A model generated the notes under the pieces. That model did no database searches, was not told the origin of the DNA, and was given only the letters and a program-made list of their open reading frames with translations. From positions 124,001 through 188,000 of the IMG/VR virus record IMGVR_UViG_3300028392_000029: 64,000 nucleotides of DNA, one strand, 5' to 3'. Shown in pieces: positions 38,817 to 47,266 of this stretch. Within the stretch, counting starts at the first letter, position 1; each line of letters starts with the position of its first letter. The translations under genes were made by a program, and so were the position numbers.

Positions 38817-40438
38817 TTAACTTCTCCCTCTAGCTCGTCTAGTTTAGACATTTGATCTTCAGAAAACTCTCCATCTTCTACTTCAATCTCTGCTGTGCTT
38901 GTTCCTACTTCTTCAAACAAATTAGTAAACATTGATTGTGAGTTTAGTGTTTTCTTACCTGTAGCACCTCGAGTTCCAATAATACTCATCCAGAATCTGC
39001 TGTATTCTTCTACCACAGCATCTGCGGTGCCCCGGTCACTAGTTGCAAAGATAGCTTCGATTACATCTTTAAAATATAATCTATCAAACTTTTCTTGTAC
39101 TAGCATATTAGGACAACTGCCTAAATCATATTGTCGATTAGCTTCTTGTACTGCGTTCACATGCATCCAAACATTATGACCCATCATAACAGCATAGGTA
39201 AAACTATCCCAACTTGTTCTATTACTGACTTTACCTAGTTTGTTAACGTCCGGCATTACTGTCCAGTGTGCGGGATTATACGGATCTAGGATTGTTCCGG
39301 GTGGAACATTTGGATTTGGAGTACCAGCGTTGTAGATACAAATTTCATTCATAAGAACACCGTCCATAATTGGACTAGTTGTAAACTTAGGAAATATTTT
39401 ATCCTGTATTACTGCGTCTTGGAAGAGTCTAGTATCTGTTGCGTATTTCTTGTCGTCAGCAGAAGCCTGCATACGGTAGACCCATTTTGTCCTATCGTCT
39501 GTTTCGACATTAGTATAGATTTGTCCGTTTGCTGTTGCAAGGAATGGACTTGCGCAGTCAAAAGAGATGGTAAAGTTTTCATTATGGTATTTCCTAACAG
39601 CACGTTGAATATCGGTTAAAAGAACTGCCCACTCTAACTTAGAGGTGCCTAGGAAGTGCATCCAATCATGTTGACCCTTTTCAAGGAGCCCATCGAATCG
39701 TAATGCCACTAATCTCTTTAGTACAAGGTGGATGTCACACATATTCTGCCCACCCATACCCCAACCGTTAAATGCACGATCGCCGTATTGCGAGCGATCA
39801 CAGTAACGTTTCATTCGTTGATACCAATCTTCGGCATCTGTATGCGTTTCACCTTGTAGTACGTTTAAGAACTTACAGTTACCATTGCGATTATTAACAA
39901 AGTAATCGTTATTGATATATGTGCCTTGCACAGCCTCTGCATATGAACTAATGCCAGTTGCCGCAACACCTGCTGGACTACGAGCAACCCAAGCTGGGAT
40001 ATCAAGACCCATGCCGTAGTCCATTAGTGTGTCCATCCAAGTAAGAACTTGCTGTCGCTTCTTCATAGCTTTAGGACAGTTAGGATCTTTCCAGTCGGCT
40101 GGCCAAACACCTTTACCAATCTGGAATCCGCCTGAGTCACCTAATACCCAACTAGTACTACGATTACGATTTCGGAACATGTCCTCGCTTTCATCTTGTT
40201 TATTCAAATCAAGATTAGCATGGCCTGCCGAATATAAACAGTGGTCATAATAAAATGCACCTTTATCTGGATCAAGATAGTTAAGACTTTCAACACCGTT
40301 TTTAAAACTTTTAGGAATACGTGTAGGATCTACGTAATTGCTATAGCGTTGTTTTCCGATAAAGGTGCTATAAAAGCCGCTAGTTGCTGGCAAGAATACA
40401 GCATAGTCGTTTTGTGTTGCGGTAAGATTTCTATTCAT
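38813..40438 (-). CDS. dpdA: TGT-fold base-exchange enzyme (DpdA-like DNA transglycosylase)
   Basis: DSGGFQ, LDIP, LNVLQG, GWGMGG, WMHFLG, SFDCASP, HNV: ordered TGT-family motifs; linked to folE/queD-like/queE. Confidence 0.75.
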   Translation of the reverse strand: MNRNLTATQNDYAVFLPATSGFYSTFIGKQRYSNYVDPTRIPKSFKNGVESLNYLDPDKGAFYYDHCLYSAGHANLDLNKQDESEDMFRNRNRSTSWVLGDSGGFQIGKGVWPADWKDPNCPKAMKKRQQVLTWMDTLMDYGMGLDIPAWVARSPAGVAATGISSYAEAVQGTYINNDYFVNNRNGNCKFLNVLQGETHTDAEDWYQRMKRYCDRSQYGDRAFNGWGMGGQNMCDIHLVLKRLVALRFDGLLEKGQHDWMHFLGTSKLEWAVLLTDIQRAVRKYHNENFTISFDCASPFLATANGQIYTNVETDDRTKWVYRMQASADDKKYATDTRLFQDAVIQDKIFPKFTTSPIMDGVLMNEICIYNAGTPNPNVPPGTILDPYNPAHWTVMPDVNKLGKVSNRTSWDSFTYAVMMGHNVWMHVNAVQEANRQYDLGSCPNMLVQEKFDRLYFKDVIEAIFATSDRGTADAVVEEYSRFWMSIIGTRGATGKKTLNSQSMFTNLFEEVGTSTAEIEVEDGEFSEDQMSKLDELEGEVK

Positions 40439-40789
40439 TTAGATCCAATGTTGTACTAGAACCATAAGACTTAACCAAGCCCACATGGTATTGAAACCGA
40501 CTAGCGTTGGTAATGACTTTTTACGACTAGCCCAAATAAGTGTTACACTAGTTAACAAGGTTAGGTAGTATAATTGCCAGATTTGAATTCCAAAGATTAA
40601 ACCTGGAATGATAATGATTGCCTTGGCCAGCCAACTGACAAATTCTACAGTATTGTAGCCAGTCCAATATTCTTTTGTAAACCACATCATATAGCAGTCA
40701 CGCATATTTGCCCAACCGCTATGTGAGTAGCAAATTACCATTAACACTAGCCATACACCTACAGCTAATAAAATTTGATCAGTAGTCAT
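40439..40789 (-). CDS. Small multi-pass membrane protein
   Basis: 3-4 hydrophobic helices in 116 aa. Confidence 0.6.
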   Translation of the reverse strand: MTTDQILLAVGVWLVLMVICYSHSGWANMRDCYMMWFTKEYWTGYNTVEFVSWLAKAIIIIPGLIFGIQIWQLYYLTLLTSVTLIWASRKKSLPTLVGFNTMWAWLSLMVLVQHWI

Positions 40790-41520
40790 TATTTGCTTAG
40801 TGCAGGTAAAATATAATTGTATTCAGCAACACCGCTGTCTACAGTAATTTGCATGGCACCTGAGTCCGAAATCTTCATAGTCAAATCTCCTGGCAATGCT
40901 AAAATACTTTGTACTTGTTGTACAGGCCATGACAATGTCTGACGCATTTTTCCAGTAATTCCAGATTGGAAAGTAAATGATCCAGCATGTGTGCTTGCAT
41001 CGCCGAAACTAAACACTAGATCGCTGCCGTCAGTTTTAACTTGGAAACTAGATTCTTCAGTATGAGCTGCCGCCTGGTATTTTAATTTTTGGATCGATGC
41101 GACTGTAGGTTGTACTTCGACATCCCAGCTAACACCTTTGAATTTGACGGTTTTAAGTTTTTCATTAATAACTTCGTTATTCATAAAACGATAATCGTTT
41201 TCAAAGTCACCGGTCGCATTTTGAAAATGCAAGCCTGTTGGAACTTCTTCACCGTTACGTTGTTGTTTAACAACTTTAATACCGGCGCCTTCTTTGTACT
41301 CCGGGCATTTCAAATGCAAATCTAATTTATTAAGTTGTGGCATTCCAAACACACCTTCGAAATTATCAACTGGGTTATGTGTTTTTGCACTGAAAATAAC
41401 TGAACGGTCTTCAGCCATTGATTCAATTGCGGTTTCTTTGTCGCTGGCACTTACTTTAACTAAAGGCAGGAAGCCCAGGTTGTGTGTATGTGCTACTAGG
41501 TCTTGTAAAAAGTCTTTCAT
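40789..41520 (-). CDS. Probable DNA polymerase sliding clamp (gp45-like)
   Basis: About 243 aa with alternating alpha/beta pattern ending AEYNYILPA; two genes from the polymerase; own sigma70 promoter. Confidence 0.55.
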   Translation of the reverse strand: MKDFLQDLVAHTHNLGFLPLVKVSASDKETAIESMAEDRSVIFSAKTHNPVDNFEGVFGMPQLNKLDLHLKCPEYKEGAGIKVVKQQRNGEEVPTGLHFQNATGDFENDYRFMNNEVINEKLKTVKFKGVSWDVEVQPTVASIQKLKYQAAAHTEESSFQVKTDGSDLVFSFGDASTHAGSFTFQSGITGKMRQTLSWPVQQVQSILALPGDLTMKISDSGAMQITVDSGVAEYNYILPALSK

Positions 41521-41540
41521 ATGATTCTCCATGTTTAATG

Positions 41541-41569
41541 ATTATACTTAGGTTTTTTGACTATGTCAA
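41541..41569 (-). promoter_or_regulatory. sigma70 consensus promoter of the clamp gene
   Basis: TTGACA-17 nt-TATAAT. Confidence 0.8.
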
Positions 41570-41572
41570 TGT

Positions 41573-42346
41573 TTATTTTCTTATTTTGTTGTTGTATTTC
41601 ACCACTTCTTCTACAACGGTTACAGGGGTATTTAGGTTTTTTGCATAATGTATGAAAGCATTTGTGTCTTTAGGAAAACACGCTCCGCCAAACCCAAACA
41701 ATCCATCGGATCCAGGCACGTTCATATGGCTTAATCCAATTCTAGTATCTGCAGAGACTAACTGTTTGACTAATTCATAGTCTGCACCGTTGGCCTGACA
41801 TACTTCATAAATTTGATTAAAAAACGCTACCTTTGTACTTAAAAAACTATTAATTGAATATTTGATCATACTAGCTTCCGTAATACTACACGGGAGAAAG
41901 AATTCGCATTTTTTAAGAACAGATGAAAATAAGTTTTCCCAGAAACTATTGAAATCTTCTCCGCCGATAATCATATATTCTTGATTTAAGAAATCTTCAT
42001 CAGCAGTTGCCGCACGTAGAAATTCTGGACTATAACAAATATGATGATTAGGATAATCGACTAATATTTGAGATAGCTGATCCGGGGGTATAGTTGACTT
42101 AATTAAAACTGGTAAATTATCCGGCGTATTTTCTAATACTGATCGTATCTGTGTGTCGTCACAACTACCGTTGGGCAAACTTGGTGTACCTACACATATG
42201 ATAACACCTTCTCCTGTTTTGTAATCAGATACACTACTAGTGTTGATCTTTGGATCAACAATGTGAATAGTATGCTCAGCCGCCAATGCTAGACCAACCG
42301 CCTTACCTACAAATCCATAACCTGCAATTATAATTTCTTTTTTCAT
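41573..42346 (-). CDS. ugd: UDP-glucose/GDP-mannose dehydrogenase family protein (short form)
   Basis: GYGFVG, ICVGTP, KSTIPP, SPEFLR, KYSIN, GFGGACFPKD; stops after the central domain. Confidence 0.85.
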   Translation of the reverse strand: MKKEIIIAGYGFVGKAVGLALAAEHTIHIVDPKINTSSVSDYKTGEGVIICVGTPSLPNGSCDDTQIRSVLENTPDNLPVLIKSTIPPDQLSQILVDYPNHHICYSPEFLRAATADEDFLNQEYMIIGGEDFNSFWENLFSSVLKKCEFFLPCSITEASMIKYSINSFLSTKVAFFNQIYEVCQANGADYELVKQLVSADTRIGLSHMNVPGSDGLFGFGGACFPKDTNAFIHYAKNLNTPVTVVEEVVKYNNKIRK

Positions 42347-42347
42347 A

Positions 42348-45017
42348 TTAGAACTCAAATAAACTGTTAAATGTGTTTTTTTCTTCTGTACTACGGACAT
42401 CCCATTTAAGTACACCGATAAGATTTTCTAGTTTTTTATCTATAATGGCTTGTTCCATTTCAGTATGGTTAAAAGGCAAATCCTTAAACCATTGCGGCAA
42501 TCTGAGCTCATCTACTGGATAAGCTACGCTTGTGAATCCCAAAGGATTGTCTTTAAGTTTGCAGACGATAACTTTTGCACCATCTGTAATAGCCATGCTA
42601 TATTTGTCATCAAACATACGTTTAAGTGTGTTCCAATTAATGCTTGCACGAACATGCCCGGGCATATTAGCCTTACCAGCCTTTACTTCCTTAGCCTGAT
42701 ATTCTGTAATGTTATTGGCACGTTTAGGACTACCTTTCTCCCAACCGGGACGAACTTTAAAACGTGTTCGGAATTCAGTGATGTGGGCTAGTACAGTATT
42801 TTCGTCAGCACCGGTTAGCACCAACTCAAGAACATCACTTAAAAAGTTTTGAATAAACTCAGGTGTATCACTACGCTTGAGATCCAGCCCCATGGCTTTG
42901 ATCTTGCCAGGCTTGCCATCTACGTCTGCACGTTTGCCTTCTTTGTCATAATACAACACTGCATAGCGTTTCTTAGTAATAAACAGACCTTTAATTGCAA
43001 CAATCTCACGACCAGCTTTGATAACTTCACCGCGTGACTTTGGCACATGGAATGTATCTAACATGAACTGTGGAAAGGTAGTATTAACTTCTTCACCAAT
43101 CTGGTCATATAGCTGAACAACACTTTCTTTAGTCCAGGGAATAACTTTTGAATTGATATCTTTTTGCAGAGTTTTATAAGCACTAAAATAGCACGAGTCT
43201 GTATCACCGTAAATAATAGCCTTGCCCCTGTAGTCATACTCGCCGGCCACAATCTCATTGACCTTGCCAGCCATGTGCTTGACAATTTGTCTGCCTGTCA
43301 GTGTGGTTGACTGCCCGATACGCTTGTCAAAGAATCTACAGCCACTATTAAGAATAGCACCATACAAACTGTTCAAGTTAATCTTCTTGACCAACTGACG
43401 TTTGTCCCAATATTCTTCTTCAATCTTGTTGCCTGCCTTGATAGCATCTTTTAGTTTGGCCTGCATCTCCTTACGTTCGGCATACCAACGTTTGAGCAAG
43501 CCGGGGATAATGCCTTCTGTTTCGTGTGTAAAGATAGTACCATTAGCACTTAACATCCACGGCTGATTGCTTTCAAATATAAGTCTATAGACTTCCGCGG
43601 CACTGAGCACATCACTATCACCGTTTTGCCAATCAATAGTAATGTCTGTGCCAATTTGTTGTTCCATTACGGCTGTATATTCTAGTGATCCGAAGATACC
43701 TTCCCATGCCGCCGCAAATGATTTACCTTTTCCAATTTGCGCTTCAATATAATCGTCAGTTAATGTCTGACGTAATTGTCCAACAATAGTTTCCGGACCC
43801 ATATTCAATGCACGAATGGCTGATGGGTAAAGACTATTAATATCTAGGGAACCAATCCAATCATGAATACCTTCTTTAGGGACAGCGACATACGCACCTG
43901 CGGCTCCTTCATTATCTTCTCGATCATCCATCTTAGTTCGATTGGGTACTTGGAATCCTCTTCGATGGGCTTCGTTGATAATTGCTTGCTCAGTTACAGC
44001 TACCGCACCCATTGTGGTCTGTAGCAACACAGTACACTCATGTGCCAGTGTGTTGGCAAGATCCATAAACTTTAGTTTCTTGTCTAGATCGTCAAGCAGT
44101 TTACAGTCGTTACGGTTGTACTCAATGAACGTTTTAAAGTCATTGTTGTATAATTGGTCGAGCGTACCTTCATATTGTGTTTTACGTTGACCTAGTTCAT
44201 ATTCCGCGATGGCGTCAAGTCTATAACTGTGGCGTTCTTCATACGTATACTTACGGTACAGCTCAAGATAGTCTAAGTGAACGCGACCAATGTAGTCATA
44301 GGTTACACTATCACGACCAAACTTTTCATATTCTCTGCGTTTAGGAAATTGGTCAAATAAACAAAAACGTCGGGTATCTTCTTTGCTTAGTGCTTTAGTA
44401 ACACGATTAGTTGTGTAGGGAATATCAAAACCTTCACTATTCCACCCACTTAGTACATCAGCATCTTTAATCAAATCAAGAAAAACATCTAGCATTTCTG
44501 CTTCTGTTTTATAAAGCATTGTGTTAGGGAAGTCTTTAACTTGCTCTAACGCTTCTTCCATGGTAATAGTCTTTGGAGGAACTGCTAGACATACCATGGT
44601 TTCCATCCACTGTAGGTAGACAGCAATCGCAGTAATTGGCATGAACGCATCGTCTGGACTTGCATAGCCACGCTCTGGATCAAAGTCTACCTCAATATCG
44701 AAAAACGCTACGTTTAGTTTAGGAGCATCTTGATTAATGTAGTTTTCGCTTAGGCAAACAAAGATGGGATTAATATCTGCTTCAAATAATTGCTTACCTG
44801 AATTAATTGCTTGTTCTTTGCGTAGTTCTTTTGTATTTTTACAGATAACCCTGTTAAGTGGGTCGCCGTAGATTGATTGATATTTGCCCTTGGGGTCTTT
44901 GTAGTAAAACGTGTGTTTGACAGGTATGTCACGGAACTCACGCTCACCTTTCTTATTGCGTTCGACAACTTTAATAACATCGTTATTACGGTCAAACCAT
45001 GCATCTACATAGCTCAT
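42348..45017 (-). CDS. Family B DNA polymerase (gp43-like)
   Basis: Exo DIEVD and GWNSEGFD; DINSLYPS; KINLNSLYG; YGDTDS; KKRYA. Confidence 0.97.
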   Translation of the reverse strand: MSYVDAWFDRNNDVIKVVERNKKGEREFRDIPVKHTFYYKDPKGKYQSIYGDPLNRVICKNTKELRKEQAINSGKQLFEADINPIFVCLSENYINQDAPKLNVAFFDIEVDFDPERGYASPDDAFMPITAIAVYLQWMETMVCLAVPPKTITMEEALEQVKDFPNTMLYKTEAEMLDVFLDLIKDADVLSGWNSEGFDIPYTTNRVTKALSKEDTRRFCLFDQFPKRREYEKFGRDSVTYDYIGRVHLDYLELYRKYTYEERHSYRLDAIAEYELGQRKTQYEGTLDQLYNNDFKTFIEYNRNDCKLLDDLDKKLKFMDLANTLAHECTVLLQTTMGAVAVTEQAIINEAHRRGFQVPNRTKMDDREDNEGAAGAYVAVPKEGIHDWIGSLDINSLYPSAIRALNMGPETIVGQLRQTLTDDYIEAQIGKGKSFAAAWEGIFGSLEYTAVMEQQIGTDITIDWQNGDSDVLSAAEVYRLIFESNQPWMLSANGTIFTHETEGIIPGLLKRWYAERKEMQAKLKDAIKAGNKIEEEYWDKRQLVKKINLNSLYGAILNSGCRFFDKRIGQSTTLTGRQIVKHMAGKVNEIVAGEYDYRGKAIIYGDTDSCYFSAYKTLQKDINSKVIPWTKESVVQLYDQIGEEVNTTFPQFMLDTFHVPKSRGEVIKAGREIVAIKGLFITKKRYAVLYYDKEGKRADVDGKPGKIKAMGLDLKRSDTPEFIQNFLSDVLELVLTGADENTVLAHITEFRTRFKVRPGWEKGSPKRANNITEYQAKEVKAGKANMPGHVRASINWNTLKRMFDDKYSMAITDGAKVIVCKLKDNPLGFTSVAYPVDELRLPQWFKDLPFNHTEMEQAIIDKKLENLIGVLKWDVRSTEEKNTFNSLFEF

Positions 45018-45029
45018 TAATTCTCCTTA

Positions 45030-45075
45030 TGTCATTTTAGGCTGACAAATACCTAGTGTGCGGTTTATGGCCCGC
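45030..45075 (-). promoter_or_regulatory. Twin-hairpin leader of the DNA polymerase gene (candidate translational operator)
   Basis: GCGG-GCCATAAA-CCGC and TGTCA-GCCTAAAA-TGACA, the latter 1 nt before AAGGAG. Confidence 0.55.
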
Positions 45076-45091
45076 CGACCCTCTATAGCAA

Positions 45092-45098
45092 TATTTAT
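45092..45098 (-). promoter_or_regulatory. T4-late-like promoter motif upstream of the polymerase
   Basis: GATAAATA at the dsbA-like stop. Confidence 0.45.
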
Positions 45099-45355
45099 CA
45101 GATACGCTTAGTGATATCCAAAATTGCTTCAATCTCTTCCCAATCTTCATTGTAAGCCGCCCAATCGCCTTTGTGTGCAATCTTGATAGCTTTGTTAATG
45201 ACACTTGGTTTGATCTGTAATTCTTCTGCTACTGCCTTAACTGTTTCTTTCAATCCTTCTTGCAAGTCTTCAACTTCGCGTAGTACTGTGCTACCTTCAC
45301 TAATCAAACGCTCGAGTTTTGCCTTTTCTTCTGCACCGTATGAACGACCACCCAT
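45098..45355 (-). CDS. T4 DsbA-like dsDNA-binding protein
   Basis: 85 aa helical protein (LKETVKAVAEELQIKPSVINKAIKIAHK...EEIEAILD) with the DsbA pattern. Confidence 0.6.
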   Translation of the reverse strand: MGGRSYGAEEKAKLERLISEGSTVLREVEDLQEGLKETVKAVAEELQIKPSVINKAIKIAHKGDWAAYNEDWEEIEAILDITKRI

Positions 45356-45380
45356 TGTAAATCTCCTAATGTATAAGCCT

Positions 45381-45409
45381 ATTATATACTAGTTATCCGG
45401 TAAATGCAA
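45381..45409 (-). promoter_or_regulatory. sigma70-type promoter of the dsbA-like/polymerase unit
   Basis: TTGCAT-17 nt-TATAAT. Confidence 0.7.
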
Positions 45410-45431
45410 CCACTAAGAAATTTTAGAGGTG

Positions 45432-45458
45432 AAAATGGCAGAACTAGTCTGCCATTTT
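45432..45458 (-). terminator. Intrinsic terminator (likely bidirectional)
   Basis: AAAATGGCAGA-ACTAG-TCTGCCATTTT inverted repeat right after the 45472 stop. Confidence 0.8.
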
Positions 45459-45471
45459 GTTGCATAACTAA

Positions 45472-47265
45472 TTACGGTGCTGGAGCCGGCGCCGCCTTTG
45501 GAAGTGAATCAATAGCAGTTTGTGCGGATTGTAATGCGGCGTTAATGCCGGCATCGTTGCCGTCATCTGGTAATTGAGCCATGATTTTTCTAATCTCGTC
45601 AACCATTGCTGTTTGTTCCGGTGTTGGTCCAACTGGCACTACAGGAGCTACTGGTTTGTTTGGATCTACTACTGGTTTATTTGGATCAACTGGTTTATTT
45701 GGATCAACTGGTTTATTTGGATCAACTGGTTTATTTGGATCAACTGATGGATCTGGACCTTGTCCTTTATTTGGAGTTAACGCAAGACCAGCGGCACCTC
45801 CTAATGCTGCCGCACCTAATGCAGTTTTAACTGGGTTCTTTGCAATTGCTGAACCTACGCCCATTCCTTTAAGTGCCGCATTTGAAGGAGCTCTTTCAGC
45901 GCCAGCTTTTGCCATTGCTTGCACCTGGGCAGGCGTATACTTTGCTACTTTGTTTGCTCCACGGCCAGTAGTTTGCGCCGCTAATTTGTCAGCTGACTTT
46001 TGAAAGGCAGCTTTGTCTACAGTATTAGCTAATCCTGGTTGGCCTTTCAACCCCTTCCAAGCCGCACTACCAAAGTCTGCTATATCACCAAAGATACCTT
46101 CATCTAGTGTTAATGGTTTGTTCTTTACACTTTCCCAGATGTGTTTTACTGTTGTAGTGTCTGTAACTAAGTCACCGTTGGTTCTATAAAAATTACCATC
46201 AGTGCCTAAGAAATATTCTTTGTCTAATGTTGACATAGCTTCTAACATTTCTAAACGATTGCGTAGACGAACAATAGACTCGGCAGCAGATTCTGCGGCA
46301 GGCATTGTGACTCCATATTGCTTCATAGCGGCTTGAGTCATCGGACCCATTTTGCCATCAGCTTTAATCTTAGCACCTTTCTTGATTAGTTCATTTTGTA
46401 CAGCAAATACTTTAGCATCTCCACCAGGTGGAACTGCAGGTTTACTATCAAACTCACCATGTTTGTAATCACGAGCTAAGTTGGCGGCATCTAATCCTAA
46501 TGATGCGGCAGTGCCAATTCCTGGAACTAAACTAGCTAGACCACTGGCACCAGCCATACCGGCACCTAACCAATCACCTTTCTTAGCGCGATTATACGCA
46601 TCGGCAGCACCGAATGCTAAACCAACACCAGGGATAGCTTTGCCTAACATTTTACCAACACCTTTAGCGCCAGCGTATGTTGCGCCACCGACGGCAGCTT
46701 GTTGTGCTAGGCTTGCTTCGCTTTCAGTTTGATAACCAAAACTCTCAATCAATCTACGCGAGTTAAAAGATTCCTTAACGGCTGCAGGAGTTTTTAATGA
46801 TGCTTGTAATTTTTGTACTAGATCTGCCAACTTAGTCATGTTGGCTTGATTTTGCTCGTTACTGTTTAGTGTAGCATTAGTTCTATCGCTTTGTGTTTGT
46901 ACATCCTTGTCGTACTTACCACCACTTACGCCAAACAGTCTACCAAGGAATGAACTCTTGTTTGCATTCTTAGGAACTAGACCTAAATTAGCTAATTTTT
47001 GGTCATCTTCTTTGCTAGCAGTAGTACTGATACGTGCTGTTGGCTGTCCGCCGTCGCTAGCCGGGTTTAATACAGCAGAAACATAGTTACCGCTTACTGG
47101 ATCATACAATCCTGGCAAGCCGTTTTTCTCAGCCATCTGTTGTAGTGTAAGTGAACGAGCTTGTTCATTACTAGCACCTTGTACGGCAGCTTCTACATCT
47201 CGCAATCTAATACCTTCGGATAGTTCGATTGCATCTAGTTTGTTCATTAATTCACGAATGTTCAT
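45472..47265 (-). CDS. Probable internal head/virion protein with peptidoglycan-binding-like segment and Pro-rich repeats
   Basis: Start moved to MNIRELM; VQNELIKKG...ADGKMGPMTQAAM is PGBD-like; DPNKPV repeats. Confidence 0.55.
   Translation of the reverse strand: MNIRELMNKLDAIELSEGIRLRDVEAAVQGASNEQARSLTLQQMAEKNGLPGLYDPVSGNYVSAVLNPASDGGQPTARISTTASKEDDQKLANLGLVPKNANKSSFLGRLFGVSGGKYDKDVQTQSDRTNATLNSNEQNQANMTKLADLVQKLQASLKTPAAVKESFNSRRLIESFGYQTESEASLAQQAAVGGATYAGAKGVGKMLGKAIPGVGLAFGAADAYNRAKKGDWLGAGMAGASGLASLVPGIGTAASLGLDAANLARDYKHGEFDSKPAVPPGGDAKVFAVQNELIKKGAKIKADGKMGPMTQAAMKQYGVTMPAAESAAESIVRLRNRLEMLEAMSTLDKEYFLGTDGNFYRTNGDLVTDTTTVKHIWESVKNKPLTLDEGIFGDIADFGSAAWKGLKGQPGLANTVDKAAFQKSADKLAAQTTGRGANKVAKYTPAQVQAMAKAGAERAPSNAALKGMGVGSAIAKNPVKTALGAAALGGAAGLALTPNKGQGPDPSVDPNKPVDPNKPVDPNKPVDPNKPVVDPNKPVAPVVPVGPTPEQTAMVDEIRKIMAQLPDDGNDAGINAALQSAQTAIDSLPKAAPAPAP
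45650..45742. repeat. 18-bp coding tandem repeat (DPNKPV)
   Basis: ACTGGTTTATTTGGATCA x4 perfect (45671-45742) plus one variant copy (45650-45667). Confidence 0.95.
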
Positions 47266-47266
47266 T

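Noticed and set aside
42348-45017. Intein or intron in the DNA polymerase
   Set aside because: Continuous 889 aa ORF with normally spaced motifs; no splice-junction or homing endonuclease signatures
45650-45742. Direct repeats as a possible CRISPR array
   Set aside because: Contiguous 18-bp in-frame units with no spacers; no cas genes
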